DNA of 52,268 nucleotides from a virus (taxonomy: Duplodnaviria > Caudoviricetes): the IMG/VR virus record IMGVR_UViG_3300043777_000338, positions 1 to 52,268 of that record; one strand, given 5' to 3'. Shown here one piece after another: positions 26,353 through 35,923 of this stretch. The notes under the pieces were generated by a model. The model ran no database searches. It was given only the letters and a program-made list of their open reading frames with translations, and had not been told where the DNA came from. Made by a program: the position numbers and the translations under genes. Each line of letters begins with the position of its first letter. The first letter of the stretch is position 1.

Positions 26353-27978
26353 ATGAGCAATATTATAGAACAATTAAAAAATATGGAGCCGAAAGCTCGC
26401 TCCAATCTAATTTATCAAGCCGCAAATAAGTTAGTAAGCTTAAAAGATTGTGAAAAGTCTTTTTATGAGTTCGTAAAGCAGGCGTGGCCATGGATTGAAG
26501 GCGACAAACCATTTAGCGATGGATGGCATATTGGAGCGATCTGTGAGCATTTAGAGGCTTGCAATAGACGGCAGATCAAGAATTTATTAATAAATATTCC
26601 TCCTCGATGTATGAAATCAACGCTTGTAAGCATCACATGGCCTGCCTGGACCTGGATCACTAGAGCGCAGGAACAATTTCTTTATGCATCATTTTCTATG
26701 TCGTTATCACTAAAGCATTCTGTTGATTGTCGACGTTTAATTCTTTCTCCCTGGTACCAGGAAAGATGGGGTGATCGATATCAACTATTTGACGATCAAA
26801 ACACCAAAGGCTCTTTTGAAAATACGCGTATGGGTGCCAGGATCGCCACCAGTACGGGAGCAACTGTAACAGGTAAAGGCGGATCGATACTTGTTTGCGA
26901 TGACCCTAATAACGCAGCAGATGGAGAATCTGACACCATTCGTGAAGGTACATTAGGTTGGTGGAGACAGGTTTGGCCTTCACGACGAAATGATATCAAA
27001 ACAGCTATTCGTGTTGTGGTTCAACAAAGACTTCATGAAGCTGATATTTCTGGATATATCATCGCAAATGATGCAGATGAAGAATGGGTAAAGCTCATTC
27101 TTCCTATGGAATATGAAGAAAATCGGAAATCTAAGACAATCAGTTTGCCTTCGGTTAATGGAAGAATCTGGGAAGATCCTAGAGAAATTCAAGGAGAATT
27201 GCTTTGGGCAGATCATATCGATGAAGCTGGCTTAAAAGATTTAAAGAAAAGTTTGAAAACGGAATACAACATCGCAGGACAACTCCAGCAAAGACCAGCG
27301 CCAGAATCAGGAGGAATACTGAAAAAATCTTGGTTCCAGATTTGGAAAGAATTAGATCCTCCCGAACTGGTTTATACGATACAATCATGGGATACTGCTT
27401 TAGAAGCTCGCGATAAGAATGCCTATTCCGCCTGTACGACCTGGGGCGTATTTTTTGATGAGCATAAACATCCTAATGTTATCTTATTAAACCTTTGGAG
27501 AGGCCGTGTTGAATATCCAGATCTTAGAACCATGGCCCAGCGCTTATTTCTTGATTATAGAGACGACGGTACAAGACCTATACGTATTGATGGGGCTCAT
27601 CGCCCTGACATGGTGCTTGTGGAAGCTAAGGTATCGGGTATATCGCTTATTCAAGACTTGATTAGGGGTGGTGTTCCAGCGGTGCGCTTTGATCCCAACA
27701 AACATGGTGATAAAATGCAGCGCGTTCGACTTATCACTCATTTGCTTGAAGCTGGTCGTGTTTGGGTCCCGGCTCTTCCTCCAGACTTTTCTCAATTGAG
27801 ATTAATATCCGATATTCTGCTTGAGAATTGTGCTCTTTTCCCAAATGCAGAATCACGAGACTTAGTTGATACAATGACGCAGATGTTATTGAGACTTAAC
27901 CTCAGCGGCTGGATCAGCCATCCTAACGATGAGACGAGAGCAGATACATCAATGCGAGTAAATAAGATTTTATATTAG
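26353..27978 (+). CDS. terL: Terminase large subunit
   Basis: NIPPRCMKS (Walker A region), ILVCDDP (Walker B), QQRLHEAD, nuclease motifs SWDTA and DLVD. Start is at 26353 or 26314. Confidence 0.95.
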   Translation: MSNIIEQLKNMEPKARSNLIYQAANKLVSLKDCEKSFYEFVKQAWPWIEGDKPFSDGWHIGAICEHLEACNRRQIKNLLINIPPRCMKSTLVSITWPAWTWITRAQEQFLYASFSMSLSLKHSVDCRRLILSPWYQERWGDRYQLFDDQNTKGSFENTRMGARIATSTGATVTGKGGSILVCDDPNNAADGESDTIREGTLGWWRQVWPSRRNDIKTAIRVVVQQRLHEADISGYIIANDADEEWVKLILPMEYEENRKSKTISLPSVNGRIWEDPREIQGELLWADHIDEAGLKDLKKSLKTEYNIAGQLQQRPAPESGGILKKSWFQIWKELDPPELVYTIQSWDTALEARDKNAYSACTTWGVFFDEHKHPNVILLNLWRGRVEYPDLRTMAQRLFLDYRDDGTRPIRIDGAHRPDMVLVEAKVSGISLIQDLIRGGVPAVRFDPNKHGDKMQRVRLITHLLEAGRVWVPALPPDFSQLRLISDILLENCALFPNAESRDLVDTMTQMLLRLNLSGWISHPNDETRADTSMRVNKILY

Positions 27979-27980
27979 GA

Positions 27981-28056
27981 TGGCTCCCCGAGCTGGACTC
28001 GAACCAGCGACAACCTGATTAACAGTCAGGTGCTCTACCGACTGAGCTATCGGGGA
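27981..28056 (-). tRNA. tRNA-Asn (GTT) with encoded CCA
   Basis: Minus strand TCCCCGA TA GCTCAGTCGGTAGAGC A CCTGACT-GTT-AATCAGG TTGTC GCTGGTTCGAGTCCAGC TCGGGGA G CCA forms a full cloverleaf. Confidence 0.97.
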
Positions 28057-28058
28057 AT

Positions 28059-28125
28059 AAAAAAAGGGGAGCATCTTTCGACGCTCCCCTCTGTCAACTG
28101 TTCATAAAGGTTATCTTAAATGAAC
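28059..28125 (-). ncRNA. Candidate small RNA 3 or terminated leader upstream of tRNA-Asn
   Basis: Minus-strand promoter TTGACA-N17-TAAGTT (28160-28132), hairpin GUUCAU/AUGAAC, then an 11-bp stem with GAAA tetraloop and U7 ending 2 nt before the tRNA. Confidence 0.55.
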
Positions 28126-28156
28126 AAAACCAACTTACAAATCGATTTAAAGCATG

Positions 28157-28606
28157 TCAAGCAAAAAACTCTCTCATTTTTTCTTCAAAATTATCTCGGA
28201 GGTTTAATCTGAGAACTTTCCCGCCAAATTTTCTGATATTTTCAATAAAAATAGGATCTTTGTAAGCCGTGGTAGGCTTTCCTGGTTTATAATTTACACG
28301 AACAATAGAAACGATCGGATAATCTCTTTTGCTCATGCATTCGTATGGCTGAAATGGATTGTTTAAATTAACATCTTTTATTAAGAGGTTTGTCTTTTTC
28401 ACGATCATAAAATAAAAATCTTCTTCGCAAAAATGAACTAATTCATATTCTTCTTTATTATCTTCTATAAAATTATTTATTTTTTTAAAAAAAATCTTAA
28501 AAAGATCCTTTTCTGCCTTTTGAATCTTTTCAATGTTGGATTTTTTTATATTCTTTTGTTTTTTGTTTTCTTCTTCTTTCTCTTTGATCATTTTTATTGC
28601 TTTCAT
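28157..28606 (-). CDS. Hypothetical protein inserted between terminase and portal
   Basis: 149 aa, AT-rich, on the opposite strand. Confidence 0.6.
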   Translation of the reverse strand: MKAIKMIKEKEEENKKQKNIKKSNIEKIQKAEKDLFKIFFKKINNFIEDNKEEYELVHFCEEDFYFMIVKKTNLLIKDVNLNNPFQPYECMSKRDYPIVSIVRVNYKPGKPTTAYKDPIFIENIRKFGGKVLRLNLRDNFEEKMREFFA

Positions 28607-28726
28607 TTCGTGAATAATCTAGATAAAAAACTGTTTTTCGTCAAGTGTATTTGAGAATTATTGTAAAAAGAGCTAATCTGTGTCAACATTGATCTCAGAA
28701 CGAATATTTTATGATGGATTTCATAT

Positions 28727-31150
28727 ATGCCGCAATTTTCATCTCCATTTTTTAAAGAATCTGCCTCATTTGGCCCTCCATCAGGTGAAAGTTCTATGCC
28801 ACCTGAGATGTCCGAAGAGGTCGTAACAAAAATCGAAGATCTTCCTGATGGATCTAAAGTCTATGAAATTGCTGATAAACTAGAAAAGCTTGAAGAAGAA
28901 AGAAAAAATGCTGATTTCTATGAAAATCTTGCTGAAAAAATGCCGGAAGAAGTTCTTGGGGGTATTTCTGCAAAGATTTTAGAAGGAATTGAGCAAGATA
29001 AAGAATCTCGAACTGAATGGGAGCAAGCTTATCTTAATGGATTAAAATATTTAGGGCTAAAACTAGAGACATTTAAAGATGTTCCTTTTATGACAGCCTG
29101 TAGAGCCTTTGATACGACGCTTTCCACAGCTATTGTTAATTTTTATTCACGAATGAAGCCATTATTGTTCCCGCGTGGTGGTCCTTCGAGTTTTGAGATC
29201 TTGGGCGAAGCTGATCCTGATCTAGAAGATAAAGGAACTCGTATAAAGGAATGGCTCAATTATTATCTCGTTCATCAAGATAAGGATTATTATCCTGATT
29301 CAGATCGTCTGTTGATCTATATCCCATTAGTTGGATGTATTTTCCGAAAGACATATCGTGATCCTATAACAAAAATGCCGATTACCAGGATGATTGATCC
29401 TCAAGATTTTATCGTCAATAATAATTGCGTTACCATTCTTAGTTCTGATCGCCTCACTCATCTTGAGCATCTGTCTAAGCAAGATATAAAACTCCGTCAA
29501 TTGAATGGATTCTACAGAGAAGTTGAACTCCCTGGTATTAATGATACTTTTAAAAATGAATCAGAAACGCAGAAAGTCATTAGTGGAATTGAGGGTATTA
29601 ATACACAAATTTATGAAGATAAATCTTTATTTGATGTTTATGAAGTTCATACCTATTTATCCTTAGAGGATTTTGATTATTTTGAGAAGAAATCAAAAAA
29701 AGTTGATATTCCTCTTCCTTATATCGTCAGTATTTGCTCAACAACTCACAAAGTACTCTCCATATATAGAAATTGGAACGAAAGCGATGAATTTTTTAGA
29801 CGCAAAGAATATTTTACTCAATATAATTATTTTCCTGGTTATGGTCTTTATGGCATGGGACTTACTCATCTCATTGGCACCAATCAAATTGTTTTAACCT
29901 CTCTTTTGCGTCAGCTAATAGATAAGGGAACATTGTGTAATTTTCCAGGAGGGTTAAAAGTTAAAGGGCTTCGCATTGAAAATAATGATAAACCCGTAGG
30001 CCCTGGAGAATTTCTTGATGTGGAAACAGGAGGTTTGCCTATCCAGCATGCTGTGATGCCAATGCCTTATTCTGAACCTTCTGTGGTTCTCAAGGAATTG
30101 TGGGGTGATCTTCGTCAATCGACGCAGACTTTGGCCTCAACATCAGAAAGTCAAATCGTTGAGCATAATGTTAATGCTCCTGTTCAAACCACATTAGCTC
30201 TGCTTGAGGTTACAAATAGATTCCAAAAATCTGTTTTTGAATCGATTTATACTTCTTTATCGAATGAATTAAATCTCATGTATGATTTATTCGCAGAGAC
30301 TTTACCTAATAAGCCTTATCCATTTTTTGTCCGTGGAAAGACTCTTGCGATTATGAGGCAGGATTTTAGTGATAAAATCCATGTATTGCCGATTTCTGAT
30401 CCAAATCACGTCACAGAAACGCAACGCATTTTTAAAGCCAAATCATTATTGGAAATGGCTCAAATGAATCCTCAAATCTACAATATGCGCGAAGTTAATA
30501 AGCGCGTTTTAGAAACGATGAATATTCATGATATAGAAGAAGTTCTTATGCCAACCAATCAGGAAGCAGAACCTCTTGATCCAATATCGGAGAATATGAA
30601 TGGCTTACAAGGAAAACCCCTTCAAGCTGCTATGTGGCAAGATCATTCGGCGCACATTCTTTCTCATTCTGCTTTTCTGCAAGATCCTAATATTATACAA
30701 AATATTCCTGAAGTGATGCGTCAACCTGTCATGAACATGATGACAGAGCACATCCAACAACATAATGCCATGCAATATTTGTTAGACATGCAAATGCAAA
30801 TGCATATGCAGATGCCTGAACCAGAGATGTTGAAAGATCCTGAAGTTCAAAATACGATTGCCATAAAAGCAGCGCAGGTGGCTCAAGCTCAGTTGCAAGC
30901 TCAAGCAGAAGAGCAGAAAGCGCAACAAATTGATCCAAATCAAGTATTAATGGCAGATATCGAACAAAGAAGAGAAGCTGCGTACTTAAAAGATGAAGAA
31001 ACAAAATTAAAAGCAGAAACAGAAGCCTTTAAATCACAATTGAAATTCGAAGGTGAAAAGTATAAAATAAATAGTCAGAAGGAAATCGCACGAGAAAAGA
31101 ATGCGAAAGACAGAGATGTTGCTCGCTTCAAAGTGCAAAGGCGCCGGTAA
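28727..31150 (+). CDS. Portal protein (P22-like podovirus type)
   Basis: 807 aa, first structural gene after TerL; DFYENLAE, DKESRTEWE, YGMGLTHLIG...LLRQLID; Q-rich C-terminal coiled coil. Confidence 0.88.
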   Translation: MPQFSSPFFKESASFGPPSGESSMPPEMSEEVVTKIEDLPDGSKVYEIADKLEKLEEERKNADFYENLAEKMPEEVLGGISAKILEGIEQDKESRTEWEQAYLNGLKYLGLKLETFKDVPFMTACRAFDTTLSTAIVNFYSRMKPLLFPRGGPSSFEILGEADPDLEDKGTRIKEWLNYYLVHQDKDYYPDSDRLLIYIPLVGCIFRKTYRDPITKMPITRMIDPQDFIVNNNCVTILSSDRLTHLEHLSKQDIKLRQLNGFYREVELPGINDTFKNESETQKVISGIEGINTQIYEDKSLFDVYEVHTYLSLEDFDYFEKKSKKVDIPLPYIVSICSTTHKVLSIYRNWNESDEFFRRKEYFTQYNYFPGYGLYGMGLTHLIGTNQIVLTSLLRQLIDKGTLCNFPGGLKVKGLRIENNDKPVGPGEFLDVETGGLPIQHAVMPMPYSEPSVVLKELWGDLRQSTQTLASTSESQIVEHNVNAPVQTTLALLEVTNRFQKSVFESIYTSLSNELNLMYDLFAETLPNKPYPFFVRGKTLAIMRQDFSDKIHVLPISDPNHVTETQRIFKAKSLLEMAQMNPQIYNMREVNKRVLETMNIHDIEEVLMPTNQEAEPLDPISENMNGLQGKPLQAAMWQDHSAHILSHSAFLQDPNIIQNIPEVMRQPVMNMMTEHIQQHNAMQYLLDMQMQMHMQMPEPEMLKDPEVQNTIAIKAAQVAQAQLQAQAEEQKAQQIDPNQVLMADIEQRREAAYLKDEETKLKAETEAFKSQLKFEGEKYKINSQKEIAREKNAKDRDVARFKVQRRR

Positions 31151-31217
31151 TACTTTCCTTCTACTTTAATAGCTATAAATGCTATTGTTAAAACATGCAT
31201 GACACGGAGAGGTAACA

Positions 31218-32213
31218 ATGCGCGATATGGATCATCCAGAACATATGAAATACCAGGCCGGATATCCTGGTGAAGACTCAATGAGAGAAAAAGCAGAGAG
31301 GCTAATGAGGGCGGAGCTTATGGGAACTCCGATGACTTTACCAGCAAGTCATTCAACTCCTAGTCACGAAAAAATGCGACTTTACAAGAAAGGTGGACAT
31401 GTTAAAGGGCACCACCATCATGAAGGTAAAGAGCATGAAAGAGCAAAACTGCATAAGATGCAGCATCACGGCTTAGAAATGGCCGAAAGAGGGCTTTCAA
31501 AGGAAAGAAAGCTAAAGGGCGGAGGTTATGCACATGGTGGGCATAAACATGAGACTCTACAACGTCGGGAAGACATTGAAGCTGGTGGCCATCTCACCAA
31601 TCTTTATATTCCTCATGAGAAAAAACTCAGCATTCAAAGCGTGAAGGAAGCTGAGAAAATGCATAAGGGAGGTCGTGCGCATAAAAAGCATCATCATCAT
31701 GAACATATGTCACATGGTGGCCATCCTCATTATGGTGACCATGAGCATATGGCGCATGGCGGTCGTGAACATCATCGTCATCATCATGAGCATATGACCC
31801 CAGGTGGTCATCCTCACTATGGCGATCATGAGCATATGGCACACGGTGGTCGGGAGCATCATCACAAAAAGGGACATCGCGTTCATAAAGCTGCTGGTGG
31901 CACTGTTTATGAACATGAAATGCTAGGGGCTCGTCCATCTACAAAAACTCCTCATATCAATTATGAAAAAGATATGAAGGGAGTCCATTGTTCACATCAT
32001 GCTTTAGGGAAATCTAAGGGAGTAAGCGCAAATGCTGGTGCATTTGACGCATCAATGGGAGAATATAAGAAGCATGGTGGAGCTGTAAAGCATCATAGCA
32101 AGCACCATCATCATACAAAAAAGATGGCCGCTGGTGGCGCCGCAAAGGTTCGTCATGGTGTTGCGACTCCTTCTGGGCGTCCAATCATGAGGAAATCACC
32201 AAAAGGATACTAA
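31218..32213 (+). CDS. His/Lys/Gly-rich low-complexity protein with many xxGG motifs
   Basis: 331 aa with SD GGAGAGG; internal 87-bp tandem duplication 31698-31784/31785-31871. Confidence 0.85.
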   Translation: MRDMDHPEHMKYQAGYPGEDSMREKAERLMRAELMGTPMTLPASHSTPSHEKMRLYKKGGHVKGHHHHEGKEHERAKLHKMQHHGLEMAERGLSKERKLKGGGYAHGGHKHETLQRREDIEAGGHLTNLYIPHEKKLSIQSVKEAEKMHKGGRAHKKHHHHEHMSHGGHPHYGDHEHMAHGGREHHRHHHEHMTPGGHPHYGDHEHMAHGGREHHHKKGHRVHKAAGGTVYEHEMLGARPSTKTPHINYEKDMKGVHCSHHALGKSKGVSANAGAFDASMGEYKKHGGAVKHHSKHHHHTKKMAAGGAAKVRHGVATPSGRPIMRKSPKGY

Positions 32214-32238
32214 AAATAAAACAATAATATTTCTTTTT

Positions 32239-32271
32239 AATACCTTTTTCGTTTGAAAAAGGTATTTTTTT
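32239..32271 (+). terminator. Terminator overlapping a promoter
   Basis: aatacctttttc-gttt-gaaaaaggtatt followed by Ts; TTGAAA-N16-TATAAT at 32253-32280. Confidence 0.65.
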
Positions 32272-32306
32272 ATCTATAATCAGAATAAAAGAAAAATAAT
32301 ATTATT

Positions 32307-32522
32307 ATGATATTGAAATTTTACGAAGTTATTTTATCTAACATTCGCGAATCTATAAAAAATTATTCTTCCCGTGTTTCGAATGGATCGATGCAAACTC
32401 ATGATGAATATCGCTGGCTTTGCGGTAAAATCAAAGGACTGCAAGAAACTGAAGCCATAATCTGCGAAACTTTTGAATCGATTCATGAAAATCCATCTTC
32501 AAATTTAAACAATAATAACTAA
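32307..32522 (+). CDS. Small protein preceding the GroES-like gene
   Basis: 71 aa; G.....EYR.LCG.I.GL pattern. Confidence 0.7.
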   Translation: MILKFYEVILSNIRESIKNYSSRVSNGSMQTHDEYRWLCGKIKGLQETEAIICETFESIHENPSSNLNNNN

Positions 32523-32532
32523 AGGAAAAATA

Positions 32533-32982
32533 ATGGAAAAATCAGCAAGCACATCACTTAGTTTTATAGAACCATACGAGGAGCAAGAAGCTAAAAATTT
32601 GATTTCAAAAGAGCTTGGATTTGATCCGCCAAAACCAGCTGGCTATCACATGTTGATTAAGCTCTATATTAGGCCAGAAGAGCTGAAGAAAATTAAGCGC
32701 GAAGATGGGACTGAAGCCACAATTTATCTAGGTGATGCGCAAAGAATGGAAGATCAATATCGGACTTGCGTGGCTCTTGTGATTGCTCAAGGTCCTGAAT
32801 GTTATCAAGAAACAGAAACAAAGAAATTCCCGCAAGGCCCTTGGTGCAGGGTAGGGGACTGGGTTGTGTTTCCTCGTCATGAGGGAACGCGCTTTGTTTA
32901 TAAAGGCGTTCCAATGTTTTTTATTCCAGATGATCGAATATTTGGAACTGTTTTTGATCCACAAGATGTAGTCAGAGATTAA
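32533..32982 (+). CDS. GroES-like co-chaperonin
   Basis: PAGYHMLI, VIAQGP, WCRVGDWVVFPRHEG and DDRIFGTV (Cpn10 pattern). Confidence 0.85.
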   Translation: MEKSASTSLSFIEPYEEQEAKNLISKELGFDPPKPAGYHMLIKLYIRPEELKKIKREDGTEATIYLGDAQRMEDQYRTCVALVIAQGPECYQETETKKFPQGPWCRVGDWVVFPRHEGTRFVYKGVPMFFIPDDRIFGTVFDPQDVVRD

Positions 32983-32991
32983 GGAGACAAA

Positions 32992-33939
32992 ATGACAGAT
33001 ATTATCAATCCTGCCGACGAAATTAAGCAGATAGAAGAAATAATAAATCCGCCTGAAAATACATCGCATGAAGAAATTGTAACAGTTCAGCCAGAAGAAA
33101 GAGAAGACCGAGAAGAATCTCAAGAGCAGGATAGATCAATGCCTGCTCAAGATGATTTAATCGCTCAAAAGAAAAAATTTTCAAAAATCCAAAGAGAGCG
33201 TCATCGTCTTTTGGCTGAAAATAAAAGACTAAAAGAAGAGTATGAGACTATTAAGTCTTATGTAAATCATTCAAACAATGCGTCAATGGTTCATTATGAA
33301 GATAGCGTAAAACTTCAAATGGATAAGGCCAAGGAAGCAAAAAAAAGAGCTTTCGAATTAAATGATGTCGATGGAATTGTTGATGCAGATGCTGAATTAG
33401 CTCAAGTCGCAGCAAAACTTGAAAATTTAAATTCATGGAAGGCTCAAGAAACCGCCAGACAATACCAACAATCTCAGCAACCTCAGGCCCCTCAGCAGCA
33501 ATATCAGGATTATGATTCTTATGGCGCTGAGGATGACAATGAAGATGTGAGAACGTGGCTAAATCAAAATAAATGGTTTGATGAGAATGCGTCTGAATAT
33601 GATCCAGATAAAGCAGATGCTGTTAGAGCTTACGCGGATAGTCTTGATTTTGACTTGCGTAGAAGAGGAAAAGAAGAAGTCATATTAACTCCAGAATATT
33701 TTAAAAAGATCGATCAATATGCGAATTATATTTCAGATCAAAGCCGATCTCCATATCGATCTCCAAGCATAGCGACTGTTAAAAGGGGTACGCCTGTGGG
33801 GCAATCTTCATCGAAAAAAGTCAAGTTATCTTTAGATGAGCAGGATATGGCGCGCCGTCTTGGTGTGAAAGAAGAGGATTATGTTAAATTTAAAGAGCAA
33901 GATATGAGAATTCAACAAATAAAGGGACGTCCTTATTAA
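32992..33939 (+). CDS. Capsid scaffolding protein
   Basis: Acidic coiled coil, W...NKWF and C-terminal KVKLSLDEQDMARRLGV..EDY; upstream of the capsid genes. Confidence 0.7.
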   Translation: MTDIINPADEIKQIEEIINPPENTSHEEIVTVQPEEREDREESQEQDRSMPAQDDLIAQKKKFSKIQRERHRLLAENKRLKEEYETIKSYVNHSNNASMVHYEDSVKLQMDKAKEAKKRAFELNDVDGIVDADAELAQVAAKLENLNSWKAQETARQYQQSQQPQAPQQQYQDYDSYGAEDDNEDVRTWLNQNKWFDENASEYDPDKADAVRAYADSLDFDLRRRGKEEVILTPEYFKKIDQYANYISDQSRSPYRSPSIATVKRGTPVGQSSSKKVKLSLDEQDMARRLGVKEEDYVKFKEQDMRIQQIKGRPY

Positions 33940-33960
33940 CAATTCATAAAGGAGATTAAA

Positions 33961-34446
33961 ATGAGCAATAGAGTTCAGGAAACAAGAGCAGCGGATACAA
34001 GGGATGCGGCTATTAGGGCGCGTCTTTCAATGGATTTTTTTGATGAATTGTATATTCCTCCGCATAAAATTCCGCCAGATGTTGAATACGCTTGGGCAAG
34101 AGATAGTATTTATGGATATCCAGATCCCGCGCGCATGGCGCATTTAAGCCAAAAAGGATGGGATCCTGTTCCGGCAGAACGGCATCCAGACTTTGCGACG
34201 CATCAGGATGAAAGGGCTCCTGCGCATGTAAGAGGATTTATATATCGTCGCGGATTAATTTTGATCGAAAGAAGAAAAGAATATTGTGATTTAGAGCGTA
34301 AGCAACAAGAAGAATATAATTTTAAAACCATGATGAATATTCCTGGTCTAGATCAATACGCAAATGATTCAATCATGCCAATGAAAGTATTCGCCAAGGA
34401 AAACTCGATTGTAAAAACCAGCCGCCGTGGCGCATTTGGAGATTGA
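33961..34446 (+). CDS. Head-module protein of unknown function
   Basis: 161 aa, YAWAR...G..D...KGWDPV, SD AAGGAG. Confidence 0.75.
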   Translation: MSNRVQETRAADTRDAAIRARLSMDFFDELYIPPHKIPPDVEYAWARDSIYGYPDPARMAHLSQKGWDPVPAERHPDFATHQDERAPAHVRGFIYRRGLILIERRKEYCDLERKQQEEYNFKTMMNIPGLDQYANDSIMPMKVFAKENSIVKTSRRGAFGD

Positions 34447-34512
34447 TCTCTTATTTGATTTGAAATGATTTGATATATTGACTATAATTATACTCATAAA
34501 TGAGATGTCACT

Positions 34513-35670
34513 ATGAGCTATATCAATATATTCGGCGGATCTCCGGTTCAGGTTTCAGATGTTTCTTATTTAGAAATAGCCTTAACAGGAAGTATCACAC
34601 TAAGTTGGCCGACACAATTTCAGGATACAAATAATGTTGTCGCGCGAATCATGGATGTTACGCCGAGTGGCGGTGGTTTTTCAATCACATTACCCGATGC
34701 AACTCAAACCTCTGTTGGAACTGATTTTCTCATAAATAATATTTCTGGAGCAAACGGATTTACCGTCTTAAACAATGGCGGTGGCTTGCTTGCTACATTT
34801 GCGACACAGGCGCTATTTTATTTTTATTTAATTGATAATACGACCACCAATGGAACTTGGCGTGTTATTCCTTTTGGTTTGGGCGTTGGTTCTGTTGTTA
34901 CGCAAGTGGCAGCCGCTTCTTTAACGGCAGGTTTAACGATCACTGGAAGTCCTATTACATCTTCTGGAACGTTAAACTTTTCTTTATCTAATCAATTAGT
35001 GGCTTTAAATAATTTTGCTGGCACAGGGATTATGGTTCAGACTGGCGTAGCTACACAATCTCCTGTGACTATCACGGGTGGATCAAATATAGTTGTTACA
35101 AATGGTAGCGGCGTTTTAGGAAATCCGATAATTGCTCTTTCAACAACTCCGGCGGTAACTTCTCTTACCGTTGGAAATTTCATCATCGGCGGCAGTACGA
35201 TAATTACAAATGGTGGCAATCTCCCGATTGCTTTAACTCCAAATGGCACAGGTAATGTCCTTATGCCAGCAGGAAGTGTGGGCATCCCTGGCATTGCCTT
35301 CACCGGAGATACGACAACCGGATTTTATGATGTAAGCGCAGGAGTTATTGGCGTTTCTGCCAGTGGAACTAAGATAATTCAGCTTTCCTCCAATAGTGGA
35401 ATTCTCTTTGGAGCAGCTACGATGACAGTAGCCGGTACATTTAGCGGCATGGTATGCCCCGTAAGCGGTAATCCAAGCGCGATTTCGGCAACCACCGCTG
35501 CGTTTTATACTGCGGTCACAACAACTGGATCCGTCGTCCGGACATTAGGGATTTATTCTAATGATGTACTTGTAAGCAATACAGGGGGTGGATTAACTCC
35601 TGATCATAATTTTCCTGTTGTAATTAATGGCGCAACTTATTTTGTTCCATGCAAAGCATCGCAAAGTTAA
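34513..35670 (+). CDS. Gly/Thr/Ser-rich virion fibre or decoration protein
   Basis: 385 aa, beta-rich; its C-terminus (VINGATYFVPC) resembles that of 37570-38679. Confidence 0.65.
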   Translation: MSYINIFGGSPVQVSDVSYLEIALTGSITLSWPTQFQDTNNVVARIMDVTPSGGGFSITLPDATQTSVGTDFLINNISGANGFTVLNNGGGLLATFATQALFYFYLIDNTTTNGTWRVIPFGLGVGSVVTQVAAASLTAGLTITGSPITSSGTLNFSLSNQLVALNNFAGTGIMVQTGVATQSPVTITGGSNIVVTNGSGVLGNPIIALSTTPAVTSLTVGNFIIGGSTIITNGGNLPIALTPNGTGNVLMPAGSVGIPGIAFTGDTTTGFYDVSAGVIGVSASGTKIIQLSSNSGILFGAATMTVAGTFSGMVCPVSGNPSAISATTAAFYTAVTTTGSVVRTLGIYSNDVLVSNTGGGLTPDHNFPVVINGATYFVPCKASQS

Positions 35671-35688
35671 AATATTTTGAAAATATGA

Positions 35689-35923
35689 TTGACATATATT
35701 TTTTGTTGGTGAATAATATACAGTAATGGTTTGATGGTTTCCAAAAAACTGTCTTCTGGTTTGTGGTATTTTCCTTAAATATCTCAAGGTAACTGCGCCT
35801 TTTCAAAGACTGTTGAGAGAAATCTCAGGTTGTGATTCGAACTTAAAATCTCAGGAATAAAGTAAATTTGAAAATTTGTACGTACAAATTGGCAACAATT
35901 TTAATAGTTATTGGAGATTTTAA
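35689..35923 (+). promoter_or_regulatory. Promoter and long leader of the capsid genes with a palindromic operator-like site
   Basis: TTGACA-N17-AATAAT; perfect 18-bp palindrome AATTTGTACGTACAAATT at 35873-35890; AAATCTCAGG at 35820 and 35846. Confidence 0.5.

Noticed and set aside
27981-28056. tRNA-Asn as the attachment site or prophage boundary
   Set aside because: It is full-length, flanked by phage genes on both sides, about 22 kb from the integrase, and has no partial duplicate.
31627-31938. Antisense ORFs within the His-rich gene and the many other short shadow ORFs in the track
   Set aside because: They are nested in longer, motif-supported genes and are by-products of repeats and codon bias.
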